A DNA stretch of 40,885 nucleotides. It comes from Actinomycetota bacterium. GTDB lineage: Bacteria > Actinomycetota > UBA4738 > HRBIN12. Made by a program: the position numbers and the translations under genes. The notes under the pieces are model-generated. The model was not told the DNA's origin. It searched no databases and was given only the letters and a program-made list of their open reading frames with translations. The first letter of the stretch is position 1. Each line of letters opens with the position of its first letter. This document shows positions 1 to 8,434 of the stretch, piece by piece. The DNA lies in the NCBI GenBank assembly GCA_036745475.1, contig DAIOFZ010000003.1, positions 1-40,885 of the forward strand, in the 5' to 3' direction.

Positions 1-552
1 GATGATCTTGCCGTTGCCGGTCGCGCGGCCAGGACCCTGCACGGAGGAGGGGTTCACCGCCACAACCTGGACGTCGAGTGACCCCGCGAGCGCAAAGACG
101 CGTCGTTCGGCCACGCGCTTGGAACGCTCGTAGGTGGAGAGGTACGAGCCTCGATGCGGCGAGTCCTCTCGACCTACCGTGTGCCGGGGCTCGCCGATCG
201 CCGACGAGGACGATGTGTGCACGACGCGTCCGACGCCGGCGGCGGCGGCGGCGCGGACCACCGTCGCCGAGCCCTCGACGTTGGTGCGGACCATGTCGGT
301 CGGATCCCGCAGGCACGTCGCATTGACGCCCGCGACGTGGAAGACGGTCGAGCAACCCCGCATCGCCTCGGTCAGTGGTCCGAGATCCAGCACGTCGCCC
401 CGGACCGCCTGGGCACCGAGCGCGGCGACGGCGTCCTCGGAGGCGTTGGACCGCGCCAGTGCGCGGACGCTTCGACCGTCGGCGACGAGGCGACGCAGGA
501 GGGCCCGCCCGACGACACCGGTCCCACCGGTGACCAGGACCGGTTGGGTCAC
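1..552 (-). CDS. NAD-dependent epimerase/dehydratase (extended SDR), C-terminus cut by window edge
   Basis: Absent from the ORF track because it runs off the window. Reverse translation from GTG (552-550) gives VTQPVLVTGGTGVVGRALLRRLVADGRSVRAL..., with a Rossmann GxxGxxG motif and later YERSK (YxxxK). Its GTG overlaps the stop of the upstream pgsA-like gene (GTGA). Confidence 0.75.
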   Translation of the reverse strand, partial: MTQPVLVTGGTGVVGRALLRRLVADGRSVRALARSNASEDAVAALGAQAVRGDVLDLGPLTEAMRGCSTVFHVAGVNATCLRDPTDMVRTNVEGSATVVRAAAAAGVGRVVHTSSSSAIGEPRHTVGREDSPHRGSYLSTYERSKRVAERRVFALAGSLDVQVVAVNPSSVQGPGRATGNGKII

Positions 553-1133
553 GCGGCCGGATCGCGGCCCGAGGTGATCGAGCCGCGGAACCGCACGACG
601 TACTCGAGGCCGGAGAGCACGGTGATGACGGCCGCGGCGATCATCGCCCACTGATCCAGGTACAGCGGGCCGATCGGTTCGCCGGGGCGCAGGATCGCGA
701 GGAAGATCGCCAGGAACTGCACGTTGGCCTTCGCCTTGCCCCAGACCGACGGCCGGACGAGGTCGCCGGTCGACGCGACCGCGCCCTTCAGCCCGATGAT
801 CAGGATCTCGCGGCCGATGATGATCACGGCGATCCACGGCGACACCCGTCCGACCACGAGCAGGCCGACCAGCGCTCCCGCGACCAGCATCTTGTCCGCC
901 GTCGTGTCGAGGAAGTTGCCGAACACGCTCGTCTGAGCCCAGCGGCGGGCCAGCAGGCCGTCGAAGAAGTCGGTGAGCGCTGCGACCCCGAACAGCACCG
1001 CGGCGACGGTGAACGCCGTCTCGTTCTCCGGTCCGGCGAGGATCAGCGCGAGGATCACCGGGACGAGCGCCACCCGAGCCCACGTCACGACCTTGAGGAA
1101 CGCTGCGGCGCGGAGGTCGGCGGTCGTGGTCAC
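549..1133 (-). CDS. pgsA: CDP-diacylglycerol--glycerol-3-phosphate 3-phosphatidyltransferase (CDP-alcohol phosphatidyltransferase family)
   Basis: 194-aa multi-TM ORF carrying the CDP-alcohol phosphatidyltransferase motif DFFDGLLARRWAQTSVFGNFLDTTADK (DGxxAR...GxxxDxxxD). Confidence 0.85.
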   Translation of the reverse strand: MTTTADLRAAAFLKVVTWARVALVPVILALILAGPENETAFTVAAVLFGVAALTDFFDGLLARRWAQTSVFGNFLDTTADKMLVAGALVGLLVVGRVSPWIAVIIIGREILIIGLKGAVASTGDLVRPSVWGKAKANVQFLAIFLAILRPGEPIGPLYLDQWAMIAAAVITVLSGLEYVVRFRGSITSGRDPAA

Positions 1134-1276
1134 GGCTTCGGCGGCATCGTAGCAGCGCGCCTCCCGGCGAACGGCCGAGGGGCCGAGCGGGCGATCTCGT
1201 CCCTGATCCGTGCTTCGGGGTCGCGGATCCGGAGACGGTTGTGGTCACCGCGCCTCCCGTCGTAGCCGTGACTGAC

Positions 1277-1282
1277 TAGGCT
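1277..1282 (+). promoter_or_regulatory. -10-like hexamer TAGGCT 7 nt upstream of ATG 1290 (leaderless-type start)
   Basis: TAnnnT match with no Shine-Dalgarno between the hexamer and the start codon. Confidence 0.4.
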
Positions 1283-1289
1283 GCACTGC

Positions 1290-2306
1290 ATGGGCACGCC
1301 GACGATCCTCACGGTCGACGACTACGAGTCGCTCGCGAGACAGGTCCTGCCGGGCGACGTCTTCGACTACTTCGCCGGCGGCGCGGGGGACGAGTGGACC
1401 CTGGCCGAGAACCGCCGCGCGTTCGAGCGCTGGGTGATCCGGCCCCGGATGCTGACCGGTGCCTGGCCGGTCGATCCCTCCATCCGGATCCTCGGGACCG
1501 ACATCGCGTTCCCCGTGCTCGTCGCGCCCTGGGCCTACCAGCGGCGGGCGCACGCCGACGGCGAGCTCGCGACCGCCCGCGCGGCCGCTCGGACCGGCAC
1601 GATCATGGTGGTCTCGACCACCACCGTCGATTACCTCGAGGAGATCGCGGCCGCTTCGGACGCCCCGAAGTGGTGGCAGCTCTACGTGTTCACCGATCGT
1701 GGTGCGACGGTCGAGATGCTGCACCGGGCGCAAGCCGGGGGGTTCGCCGCCGTGTGCCTCACCGTCGACTTCCCCGCCAGTGGCCTGCGCCATCGCGATA
1801 CGCGGAGCGGGTTCGACATGCCGATCGGCCTGCCGGCCGACGACCTCGTGTTCGCGCCCGATCTCACGTGGGACGACCTCTCCTGGATCCGCGGCGCCGC
1901 CCCGCTGCCGTTGCTCGTGAAGGGCATCATGACGGGCGAGGACGCTCGGATCGCCGTGGACGTGGGCCTCGATGGGATCGTCGTGTCGAACCACGGCGGC
2001 CGTCAGCTCGACTCGGTCCACGCGCCGATCGCCGTGCTCCCCGAGATCGTGGAGGCCGTCGAGGGTCGCGTGCCGGTCCTGGTCGACGGCGGATTCCGAC
2101 GCGGGACGGACGTCTTCAAGGCGCTCGCGCTCGGCGCCGACGCCGTGCTGGTCGGGCGTCCCACGTGCTGGGGCCTCGCGGCTGCGGGGGAGGACGGCGT
2201 GGTCGACGTCCTCCGCATCCTGCGGGCCGAGCTCGAGAACACGATGGTCCTTGCCGGCACGCGTTCGGTCGCGGACATCTCTGAGAGGTACGTCGAGCGC
2301 GCGTGA
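1290..2306 (+). CDS. FMN-dependent alpha-hydroxy-acid oxidase/dehydrogenase (L-lactate/glycolate oxidase family)
   Basis: 338 aa. The N-terminus ...DYESLARQVLPGDVFDYFAGGAGDEWTLAENRRAFERWVIRPRML and the later VSNHGGRQLD and GRP motifs are typical of the family. Confidence 0.85.
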   Translation: MGTPTILTVDDYESLARQVLPGDVFDYFAGGAGDEWTLAENRRAFERWVIRPRMLTGAWPVDPSIRILGTDIAFPVLVAPWAYQRRAHADGELATARAAARTGTIMVVSTTTVDYLEEIAAASDAPKWWQLYVFTDRGATVEMLHRAQAGGFAAVCLTVDFPASGLRHRDTRSGFDMPIGLPADDLVFAPDLTWDDLSWIRGAAPLPLLVKGIMTGEDARIAVDVGLDGIVVSNHGGRQLDSVHAPIAVLPEIVEAVEGRVPVLVDGGFRRGTDVFKALALGADAVLVGRPTCWGLAAAGEDGVVDVLRILRAELENTMVLAGTRSVADISERYVERA

Positions 2307-3199
2307 CGGGGTTCGAGGTCGTCTGCCAGCATGGCGTCCGAATGACCCGCATCGACCTGCACACGCATTCGAGCCACTCCGACGGGACGTTCCAGCCCGC
2401 CGAGGTGATCCGCCTCGGCGCCGAGCGCAACCTGGACGTGGTCGCGCTGACCGACCACGACACGACGGACGGCCTGCCCGAGGCGCTCGCCGCCGGGCTC
2501 GAGGTCGGCGTCGAGGTCGTGCCCGGCGTCGAATTCTCCGCCGAGTACCTGCGGACGAGCGTGCACATGCTCTGCTACTGGATGGACGCCGCCGACACCG
2601 CGCTGCAGCTCGAGCTCCGGCGGCTGCGGGAGGACCGCCTCCGGCGAGGCGAGCTGATGGTCGGCGAGCTCCGCGCGCTCGGGTTGCCGATCGCGTTCGA
2701 ACGCGTCCGCGAGATCGCCGGGGACGCCGCGATCGTCCGCCCGCACATCGCGCAGGCGATGGTCGAGGCGGGCATCGTCGAGACCGAGAAGGAGGCATTC
2801 GAGCGCTACATCGGTGACGGCGGGCCGGCGCACGTCGCCAAGCACGCGCTCGACCCGGTCGACGCCGTGGCCCTCATCGAGGGGGCGGGCGGGGTGTGCG
2901 CGCTGGCGCACCCGGGGATGTGGGGCGATCAGAGCTCGGTGCCGGACGAGCTGATCGAGCGCATGGCGGTGGCCGGCATGCGGGGTCTCGAGGTCGACCA
3001 CCCCGACCACACCTCCGAGGCTCGCGAACGTTACCGCGCGCTGGCCGACCGGCTCGGCCTGATCGCGATCGGCGGCTCGGACTGCCACGGGACGCGGTAC
3101 GACCCCGTCCGGCTGGGGAGCTCGCTCTGCGATCCGGACGCGTTCGTCGCGCTGCGCGCCGCGGCGTTCCTCGGATCGCACGCGGGACCCACCCCGTAG
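2303..3199 (+). CDS. PHP-domain metal-dependent phosphoesterase (TrpH/YciV-like)
   Basis: Contains IDLHTHSSHSDG and LTDHDT PHP motifs. GTG 2303 overlaps the upstream stop (GTGA). ATG 2342 (MTRIDLHTH) is an alternative start. Confidence 0.8.
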   Translation: MTGFEVVCQHGVRMTRIDLHTHSSHSDGTFQPAEVIRLGAERNLDVVALTDHDTTDGLPEALAAGLEVGVEVVPGVEFSAEYLRTSVHMLCYWMDAADTALQLELRRLREDRLRRGELMVGELRALGLPIAFERVREIAGDAAIVRPHIAQAMVEAGIVETEKEAFERYIGDGGPAHVAKHALDPVDAVALIEGAGGVCALAHPGMWGDQSSVPDELIERMAVAGMRGLEVDHPDHTSEARERYRALADRLGLIAIGGSDCHGTRYDPVRLGSSLCDPDAFVALRAAAFLGSHAGPTP

Positions 3200-3205
3200 C
3201 GATCG

Positions 3206-4519
3206 ATGGCCGGTAAGCGGATCCTCGTCGTCGGCGCCGGGTTCGCCGGGCTCTACGCGGCCCTGCATCTGCGCCGAGCCGTCGACCTCGGTCACCGGGT
3301 GACGGTCGTCAACCCCGAGAACTTCATGCAGTACCACCCGTTCCTGCCCGAGGTCGCGTCGGGCACGATCGATCCGCGGGCGGTGGTCGTCCCGCTCCGG
3401 CGCGTGCTCCGTCACTGCGAGGTCGTGATCGGCGAGGTGGAACGCGTCGACCATGGCGATCGGGCTGCGCATGTCCGACTCGCCGACGGCCGGCAGGTGA
3501 CGCTCAGCTACGACGTGGTGGTGCTCGCGCCCGGCTCGTGGGCGCGCGTGCTCCCCATCCCCGGGCTGGCCGCGCACGGGGTCGGGTTCAAGACGGTCCA
3601 GGAGGCGATCTGGCTGCGCAACCACGTGCTCTCGCGGCTCGACCTCGCTGCGGCGAGCGACGACGCGCTACGCCGGCGGGACGCGCTCACGTTCGTGTTC
3701 GTCGGCGGGGGGTACGCGGGGGTCGAGGCGCTCGGCGAGCTCGAGGACCTGACCCGCGACGCGATCGGCAGCTACCCGAGCCTGCGACCCGACCAGATGC
3801 GGTGGGTCCTGGTCGAGGCCACCGGCTCGATCCTGCCCGAGATCGGTCGGGGCCTCGCCGACTACGCGATCGAGCGCCTGCGGGAGCGGGGGATCGAGGT
3901 CCTGCTGAACACGCGGCTCGACTCCGCGGAGGACGGGGTGCTCCGCCTGTCCGACGGGCAGTCGTTCCAGGCCCAGACGCTCGTGTGGACCGCCGGCGTC
4001 AAGCCGTCACCGCTCGCGGCCGAGTCCGGCTTCCCGGTCGACGAGACGGGCCGGATCCGGACCGACACGTTCCTGCGCGTCGAGGGCGTCGAGGACGCGT
4101 GGGCGGCCGGCGACTCGGCCGCGGTGCCCGATCTCCTGGGTGGGGGGGTGATGCCGCCCACCGCGCAGCACGGGATGCGGCAGGGAAAGCGGCTCGGGAG
4201 CAACGTCGCGGCGGTGGTGGAGGGGCGCCCGCCCGAACGGTTCGGCTACCGGGGTATCGGCGCCGTCGTCTCGCTCGGCCGGTACAAGGGCGTGGCGACG
4301 ATCCGGGGCGTTCGGCTCCGCGGGTTCCCGGCGTGGTTCGCCCACCGCTCGTACCACCTGTACGCGATGCCGACGCTCGGCAGGAAGGTCAAGATCGCGG
4401 CCGACTGGACGGTCGCGCTCCTGTTCCCCCGCGATCTCGCCCAGCTCGGCTCGTTGGAGCACCCACGCGAGCCGTTCAAGCGCGCCGCCGGGGCGCGGCC
4501 TACGGACCCTGGCGATTGA
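3206..4519 (+). CDS. ndh: Type II NADH dehydrogenase (NDH-2), FAD-dependent pyridine nucleotide-disulfide oxidoreductase
   Basis: 437 aa with an N-terminal ILVVGAGFAGL dinucleotide fold, a second GGGYAGVE fold and WAAGD near the C-terminus. Confidence 0.85.
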   Translation: MAGKRILVVGAGFAGLYAALHLRRAVDLGHRVTVVNPENFMQYHPFLPEVASGTIDPRAVVVPLRRVLRHCEVVIGEVERVDHGDRAAHVRLADGRQVTLSYDVVVLAPGSWARVLPIPGLAAHGVGFKTVQEAIWLRNHVLSRLDLAAASDDALRRRDALTFVFVGGGYAGVEALGELEDLTRDAIGSYPSLRPDQMRWVLVEATGSILPEIGRGLADYAIERLRERGIEVLLNTRLDSAEDGVLRLSDGQSFQAQTLVWTAGVKPSPLAAESGFPVDETGRIRTDTFLRVEGVEDAWAAGDSAAVPDLLGGGVMPPTAQHGMRQGKRLGSNVAAVVEGRPPERFGYRGIGAVVSLGRYKGVATIRGVRLRGFPAWFAHRSYHLYAMPTLGRKVKIAADWTVALLFPRDLAQLGSLEHPREPFKRAAGARPTDPGD

Positions 4520-4955
4520 CCTCGGCGGCGGCCGAGAGGGCCGAGTGGCTCCGTTCGAGGTCGGGAAGCTCGTGACCCGAGGTTAGCTCGTGCACGGCCC
4601 AGTTGGTCAGATCGCGGATCGAGATGATCCCCGCGAGCTCGCCGCCCTGCACAACGGGCAGGTGACGGATCTTCAGCCGAGCCATGTGGTCGGCCGCCTC
4701 GGCGATGTCGGTCTTCGGGTCGACCGTGTCCAGGTCGGTCGACATGCGATCGGACACCCTCGTCGACTTCGGGTCGCCCCCCTCGGCGACCAGGTTGACG
4801 AGGTCGCGTTCGGTCACGATGCCGGCGAGGGCGTCGCCGTCCATGACGATGACCGAGGAGATCCCGTGCTCGCGCAGCACGGTCGCCACCTGCTCGAACG
4901 TATCCGAGGGCGAGGTGGTCTTCACGTCGGTGTGCATGATGTCGCGGACCTGCAT
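4500..4955 (-). CDS. CBS domain pair protein
   Basis: MQVRDIMHTDVKTTSP...GISSVIVMD...GIVTERDL and a second repeat ...HLPVV..GELAGIISIRDL. The start was chosen at ATG 4955 because GGAGGTAG lies 6-13 nt upstream. The track ORF extends to 5018. Confidence 0.8.
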   Translation of the reverse strand: MQVRDIMHTDVKTTSPSDTFEQVATVLREHGISSVIVMDGDALAGIVTERDLVNLVAEGGDPKSTRVSDRMSTDLDTVDPKTDIAEAADHMARLKIRHLPVVQGGELAGIISIRDLTNWAVHELTSGHELPDLERSHSALSAAAEVNRQGP

Positions 4956-5040
4956 CGCGGCTACCTCCGGTCGGGGGAGACAGCCTACCCCCTGCCCGTT
5001 CAGAGCGGCCAGCGCCACCCGAACGGCGCGGGCGCCGGCC

Positions 5041-6408
5041 TCAGTGGTCCGAACGCCCGCTGAAATTGAACGACCTGACCTTGAGCGCGGGGACGCGGCT
5101 GGCGGAGAAGAAGAACTCGCTCGCGAGCTCGGTCTCGCGCCCGATCAGCTCGGTTTCGGTCAGCGCCTCCAGGATCGACTGTGTGAACCGCAGGTTCTTG
5201 ACCGGGTGGGCGATACGGCCGTCCCGGATCAGGAACGTCCCGTCGCGCGTCATCCCGGTGATCGTCGACTCGACCGGGTGGACCACGTTCGTGTAGTGGA
5301 ACCGCGTCACGAGCAGGCCGTGTTCGGTCGAGGCGATCATCTGGTCGACGTCGGCCTCGCCCGGAGTCATGAACAGGTTCAGCGGGAACGGGCCCTCGGG
5401 GTTCGGCGGAGGGAGGGCATGGCCGGTCGTCGCGGTGCCCGCCTGCTTGGCCGTGCGGAGGTCGTAGACGCCGGAGCGGAACACCCCGTCCTCGATCAGG
5501 TCGACGCGCGACCGCGGCACGCCCTCGAAGTCGAACGGCAGGCCGAGGGTCCCATCCGACAAGGCGTCGTCGTAGATCTGCACGATGGGCGCCGCCACCT
5601 GCTTCCCCTGTTTGCCGGAGAGGCACGATCGCCCCTCGAACAGCGACCGTCCGCCGAAGCCGATCCACGCGAGGAAGCCGACGAGCGTCGAGACGGCGGC
5701 GGGCTCCAGGATCACGGTGTAGCGGCCGGGTTCGAGGTCGAGGGGCGACCGCGAGGCGACCGCCTTGTCCGCGGCCCGCTTTCCCACCGCCGCGGGGTCG
5801 AGCTCGTTCCGTCCGGCCGCGAACACCTCCGCGAAGCCGCTCCCGCCGTCCGGGCCGGTCACGACCGTCGTCACAGAGGCCTGCGACGACGGCGCCCAGC
5901 AGAACTGGCCCTCGGTGTTCGCGACCGAGACCTCGCTGGCGAGCGTCTCGTACGCGCCGGCGGCCGTGAACCCCTCGGGGCATCTCGCGACGAGCTCGGC
6001 GACGGCCTCGGCCCGTTCGGAGGGCGTGGTCTCGGCCGTGGGCTCGTCGAACGCCTGCGGCTCAGGGGTCGGCGCGGGCGGCGCGAGCCCCGGGAAGAGC
6101 GGGTCGGGCGCGACCACGTTCGCCATCTCGAGCGCGCTCTCGGAGGCCCGCAGCGCCCCCTCGGGCGAGAAGTCGTTCGTGGACGTGACGCCGATGCGCC
6201 CCTCGGACACGACGCGGACGCGGATCCCCGTGTCCTCGCGATGCGTGCTCTGATGGATCGAGCTCGAGGCGAACCGCGTGAGCCCTCCCCACTCGTGCAT
6301 GAACAGGACCTCCACACCGTCCGCGCGCGGCAGGTTCAGGGCCCCGTCGGCGATGCGGCGGACCTCGTCCGGCCCGATGAGACCCGTCTTCATCCCGCCC
6401 GATCGCAT
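5041..6408 (-). CDS. pmbA: PmbA/TldE-type metalloprotease subunit (TldD/PmbA family)
   Basis: This is the C-terminal 455 codons of the 1056-aa track ORF. ATG 6408-6406 shares one nt with the tldD stop (TGATG). The sequence MRSGGMKTGLIGPDEV...GVEVLFMHEWGGLTRFASSSIHQ is typical of the family. The upstream 600 codons of the track ORF are an Arg/Gly/Pro-rich shadow. Confidence 0.8.
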   Translation of the reverse strand: MRSGGMKTGLIGPDEVRRIADGALNLPRADGVEVLFMHEWGGLTRFASSSIHQSTHREDTGIRVRVVSEGRIGVTSTNDFSPEGALRASESALEMANVVAPDPLFPGLAPPAPTPEPQAFDEPTAETTPSERAEAVAELVARCPEGFTAAGAYETLASEVSVANTEGQFCWAPSSQASVTTVVTGPDGGSGFAEVFAAGRNELDPAAVGKRAADKAVASRSPLDLEPGRYTVILEPAAVSTLVGFLAWIGFGGRSLFEGRSCLSGKQGKQVAAPIVQIYDDALSDGTLGLPFDFEGVPRSRVDLIEDGVFRSGVYDLRTAKQAGTATTGHALPPPNPEGPFPLNLFMTPGEADVDQMIASTEHGLLVTRFHYTNVVHPVESTITGMTRDGTFLIRDGRIAHPVKNLRFTQSILEALTETELIGRETELASEFFFSASRVPALKVRSFNFSGRSDH

Positions 6409-7850
6409 CAGCCGCGCACCCCGAGCTGCACGCCCCGGAACCTCGAGGGCGAGGCGCCGTGCCCTACCCGGGCGACCTGGCCGGGCTGCCCCTTCCCGCA
6501 GTTCGGCGTTCCCCACAGGGTCCAATCCTCGCGACCGCCGACCGCGTCGCACGAGCCCCAGAACTCCGTGGTGATGCCGGTGTAGTTGGGGTTGCGATAC
6601 ATGGTCGTGAGCCGGCCCTTCTCGATCCGCCAGCCGATCTCGCACCCGAACTGGAAGTTCACACGATGATCGTCGATCGACCAGGACGTGTTCGTCGACA
6701 TCAACACCCCGTCGTGGGTGTCGCCGATGATGTCCGCGAGCGAGCCCTCGCGCGGCTCGATCGAGATGTTCGTCATGCGGATCAACGGGTAATGGGCCCA
6801 CCCGTCCGCCCGCATCGCTCCGGACGACGTGAGCCCGAGGACGCTCGCCGTCTCCCGGCTCGAGATGAAGTTCTCGAACACGCCGTCGACCAGGATCGGC
6901 ACCCGCTGCGCCGGGACGCCCTCGTCGTCCCATCCGAACGACCCGAGCCCGCCCGGCAGCGACGCGTCGGCCGTGATCGAGACCAACGGGCTCGCGTATC
7001 GGAGGGTGCCGCGGTCCTCGGGTCGGACGAACGAGGACCCCGCGTAGGCCTCCTCCATCCCGAGCACGCGGTCGAGCTCGACGGGATGTCCGATCGACTC
7101 GTGGATCTGGAGCTCCACCTGCCCCGAGTCGAGCACCAGGGTCGTGACCTCGCTCGGGCAGTCCTCGGCCGAGAGCAGCTCGACGGCCTCGGTCGCGGTC
7201 CGCTCGGCCTCCTCGACCAGGCCGAGCGTCAGGATGTGCTCCCAGCCGGCGGCCGAGATGTGGCCGCGGAACGAGTTCGGGAACGAGCGGCGCTGGAGCT
7301 CGCCGTCGCCCAGCGCCGTCGCCTCGATCCCCGCCCCCGACTGGACGGTCGTCTGTTCGATCGCCGTGCCCTCGCTCGTCGCGAGGAACGTGCGACGGCG
7401 GAACAGGTCGATCCCGCCCTCGGCGAACGCCAGCCCCTGGATCGATTGCATCCGGCGCGTCGCCTCCATCAGCATCGCGACCTTCTCCTCGAGCGGGATG
7501 TTGAACGGGTCCACCTGCAACGGGGAGTGCCAGGTGCCGGTCACGGGTTCGATGGGAGCCAGGACGACGGGCTCCATCGGGAGTCGGGCCGCGGCCCTCG
7601 CGATCTCGACCGCGAGCCGGGCGGTGCGATCGATCTCCTCCGGCTCCTGGCGGGCGGTGGCGGCGAACCCCCAGTACCCGTTCACGAGGACGCGGATCCC
7701 GAGACCCTCCGAGGTCGACCGGTCGATCCCCTCCATCTCCTGGTTCCGGACGGTGATCGACTCCGTCTCGTCGGCCACGACGCGGCCGTCGGCATAGTCC
7801 GCGCCGGCGGCCTTTGCCGCCTCGACGGCCTGCCTCGCGACGTCGAGCAT
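6408..7850 (-). CDS. tldD: TldD metalloprotease
   Basis: 480 aa with the HESIGHPVELD zinc motif. GGAGG lies 9 nt upstream of ATG 7850. Confidence 0.85.
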   Translation of the reverse strand: MLDVARQAVEAAKAAGADYADGRVVADETESITVRNQEMEGIDRSTSEGLGIRVLVNGYWGFAATARQEPEEIDRTARLAVEIARAAARLPMEPVVLAPIEPVTGTWHSPLQVDPFNIPLEEKVAMLMEATRRMQSIQGLAFAEGGIDLFRRRTFLATSEGTAIEQTTVQSGAGIEATALGDGELQRRSFPNSFRGHISAAGWEHILTLGLVEEAERTATEAVELLSAEDCPSEVTTLVLDSGQVELQIHESIGHPVELDRVLGMEEAYAGSSFVRPEDRGTLRYASPLVSITADASLPGGLGSFGWDDEGVPAQRVPILVDGVFENFISSRETASVLGLTSSGAMRADGWAHYPLIRMTNISIEPREGSLADIIGDTHDGVLMSTNTSWSIDDHRVNFQFGCEIGWRIEKGRLTTMYRNPNYTGITTEFWGSCDAVGGREDWTLWGTPNCGKGQPGQVARVGHGASPSRFRGVQLGVRG

Positions 7851-7990
7851 CCGATCGAACCTCCAGGGGAGCGACGATTGGGCCGGGAAAGACTACCCCG
7901 AGGGCGGGAGGTTGCGTTCCGAGGCACGGGGGGCCGTCTGAGAAGATGCGCGCGGCTCCGGGGCGGCCGTTGCCAACGTAGAGCGGCCAC

Positions 7991-8038
7991 GGGACGAGCC
8001 GAGGGACCAGCCAAGGGACAGCCAGGGGACGAGCCAAA
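7991..8038. repeat. Four tandem ~12-nt units GGGAC(N)AGCC(R)A
   Basis: Read directly from the sequence: GGGACGAGCCGA / GGGACCAGCCAA / GGGACAGCCAG / GGGACGAGCCAAA. These are immediately followed by the GAGGAGG RBS region of the cupin gene. Confidence 0.6.
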
Positions 8039-8055
8039 GACGAGGAGGCGAGGGG

Positions 8056-8430
8056 ATGACGATCGTGCGGTTCGACGACGCTCCGGTGTTCGATCTGTCG
8101 GGCGTTCGGATCCGGGGATTCGCGTCGCCGGCTCGCGGGGCGGCCGAGACGATGACCTACCGGGTCGAGCTCGCCGGAGGACAGCGTGTCCCCGACCACA
8201 CGCACGACCACGAGGAGGTCTCCCAGCTCCTCTCGGGCCGCTGGACCGTGACGATCGACGGCGAGGACTCGGAGCTACGGCCCGGCGACACGGCGGTGAT
8301 CCCGGCCGGCGTCGTCCACGCATCGTGCACGCTCGAGGGGGACGAGGCCGTGATCCTCACGTCGATGCCGGTCGGGACGCTGCTGATCCGGGGCGACGGG
8401 GAACGTGTTGCGCCGCCCTGGAGCGAGTGA
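8056..8430 (+). CDS. Cupin domain protein
   Basis: 124 aa with cupin motifs ...PDHTHDHEEVSQLLSG... and ...PGDTAVIPAGVVH. An SD sequence (GAGGAGGCGAGGGG) lies upstream. Confidence 0.7.
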   Translation: MTIVRFDDAPVFDLSGVRIRGFASPARGAAETMTYRVELAGGQRVPDHTHDHEEVSQLLSGRWTVTIDGEDSELRPGDTAVIPAGVVHASCTLEGDEAVILTSMPVGTLLIRGDGERVAPPWSE

Positions 8431-8434
8431 AGGC

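Noticed and set aside
1245-2798. 517-aa minus-strand ORF overlapping the alpha-hydroxy-acid oxidase and PHP genes.
   Set aside because: Its extreme Arg/Pro/Ala/Gly composition (RRRARPRRRPRARRR...) marks it as a classic antisense shadow ORF of a high-GC genome. The plus-strand genes have clear family motifs.
7991-8038. Tandem repeats here and at 19645-19697, considered as a possible CRISPR array or minisatellite.
   Set aside because: The units are only 11-15 nt long and directly adjacent, with no spacers. There are no cas genes. They are reported as simple tandem repeats only.
6409-8211. N-terminal 600 codons of the 1056-aa ORF 5041..8211, which would fuse to pmbA and overlap tldD and the cupin gene.
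   Set aside because: It is Arg/Gly/Pro/Asp-rich with no motifs. It runs out of frame over tldD and antisense to the cupin gene. PmbA homology begins only at ATG 6408, which is coupled to the tldD stop.
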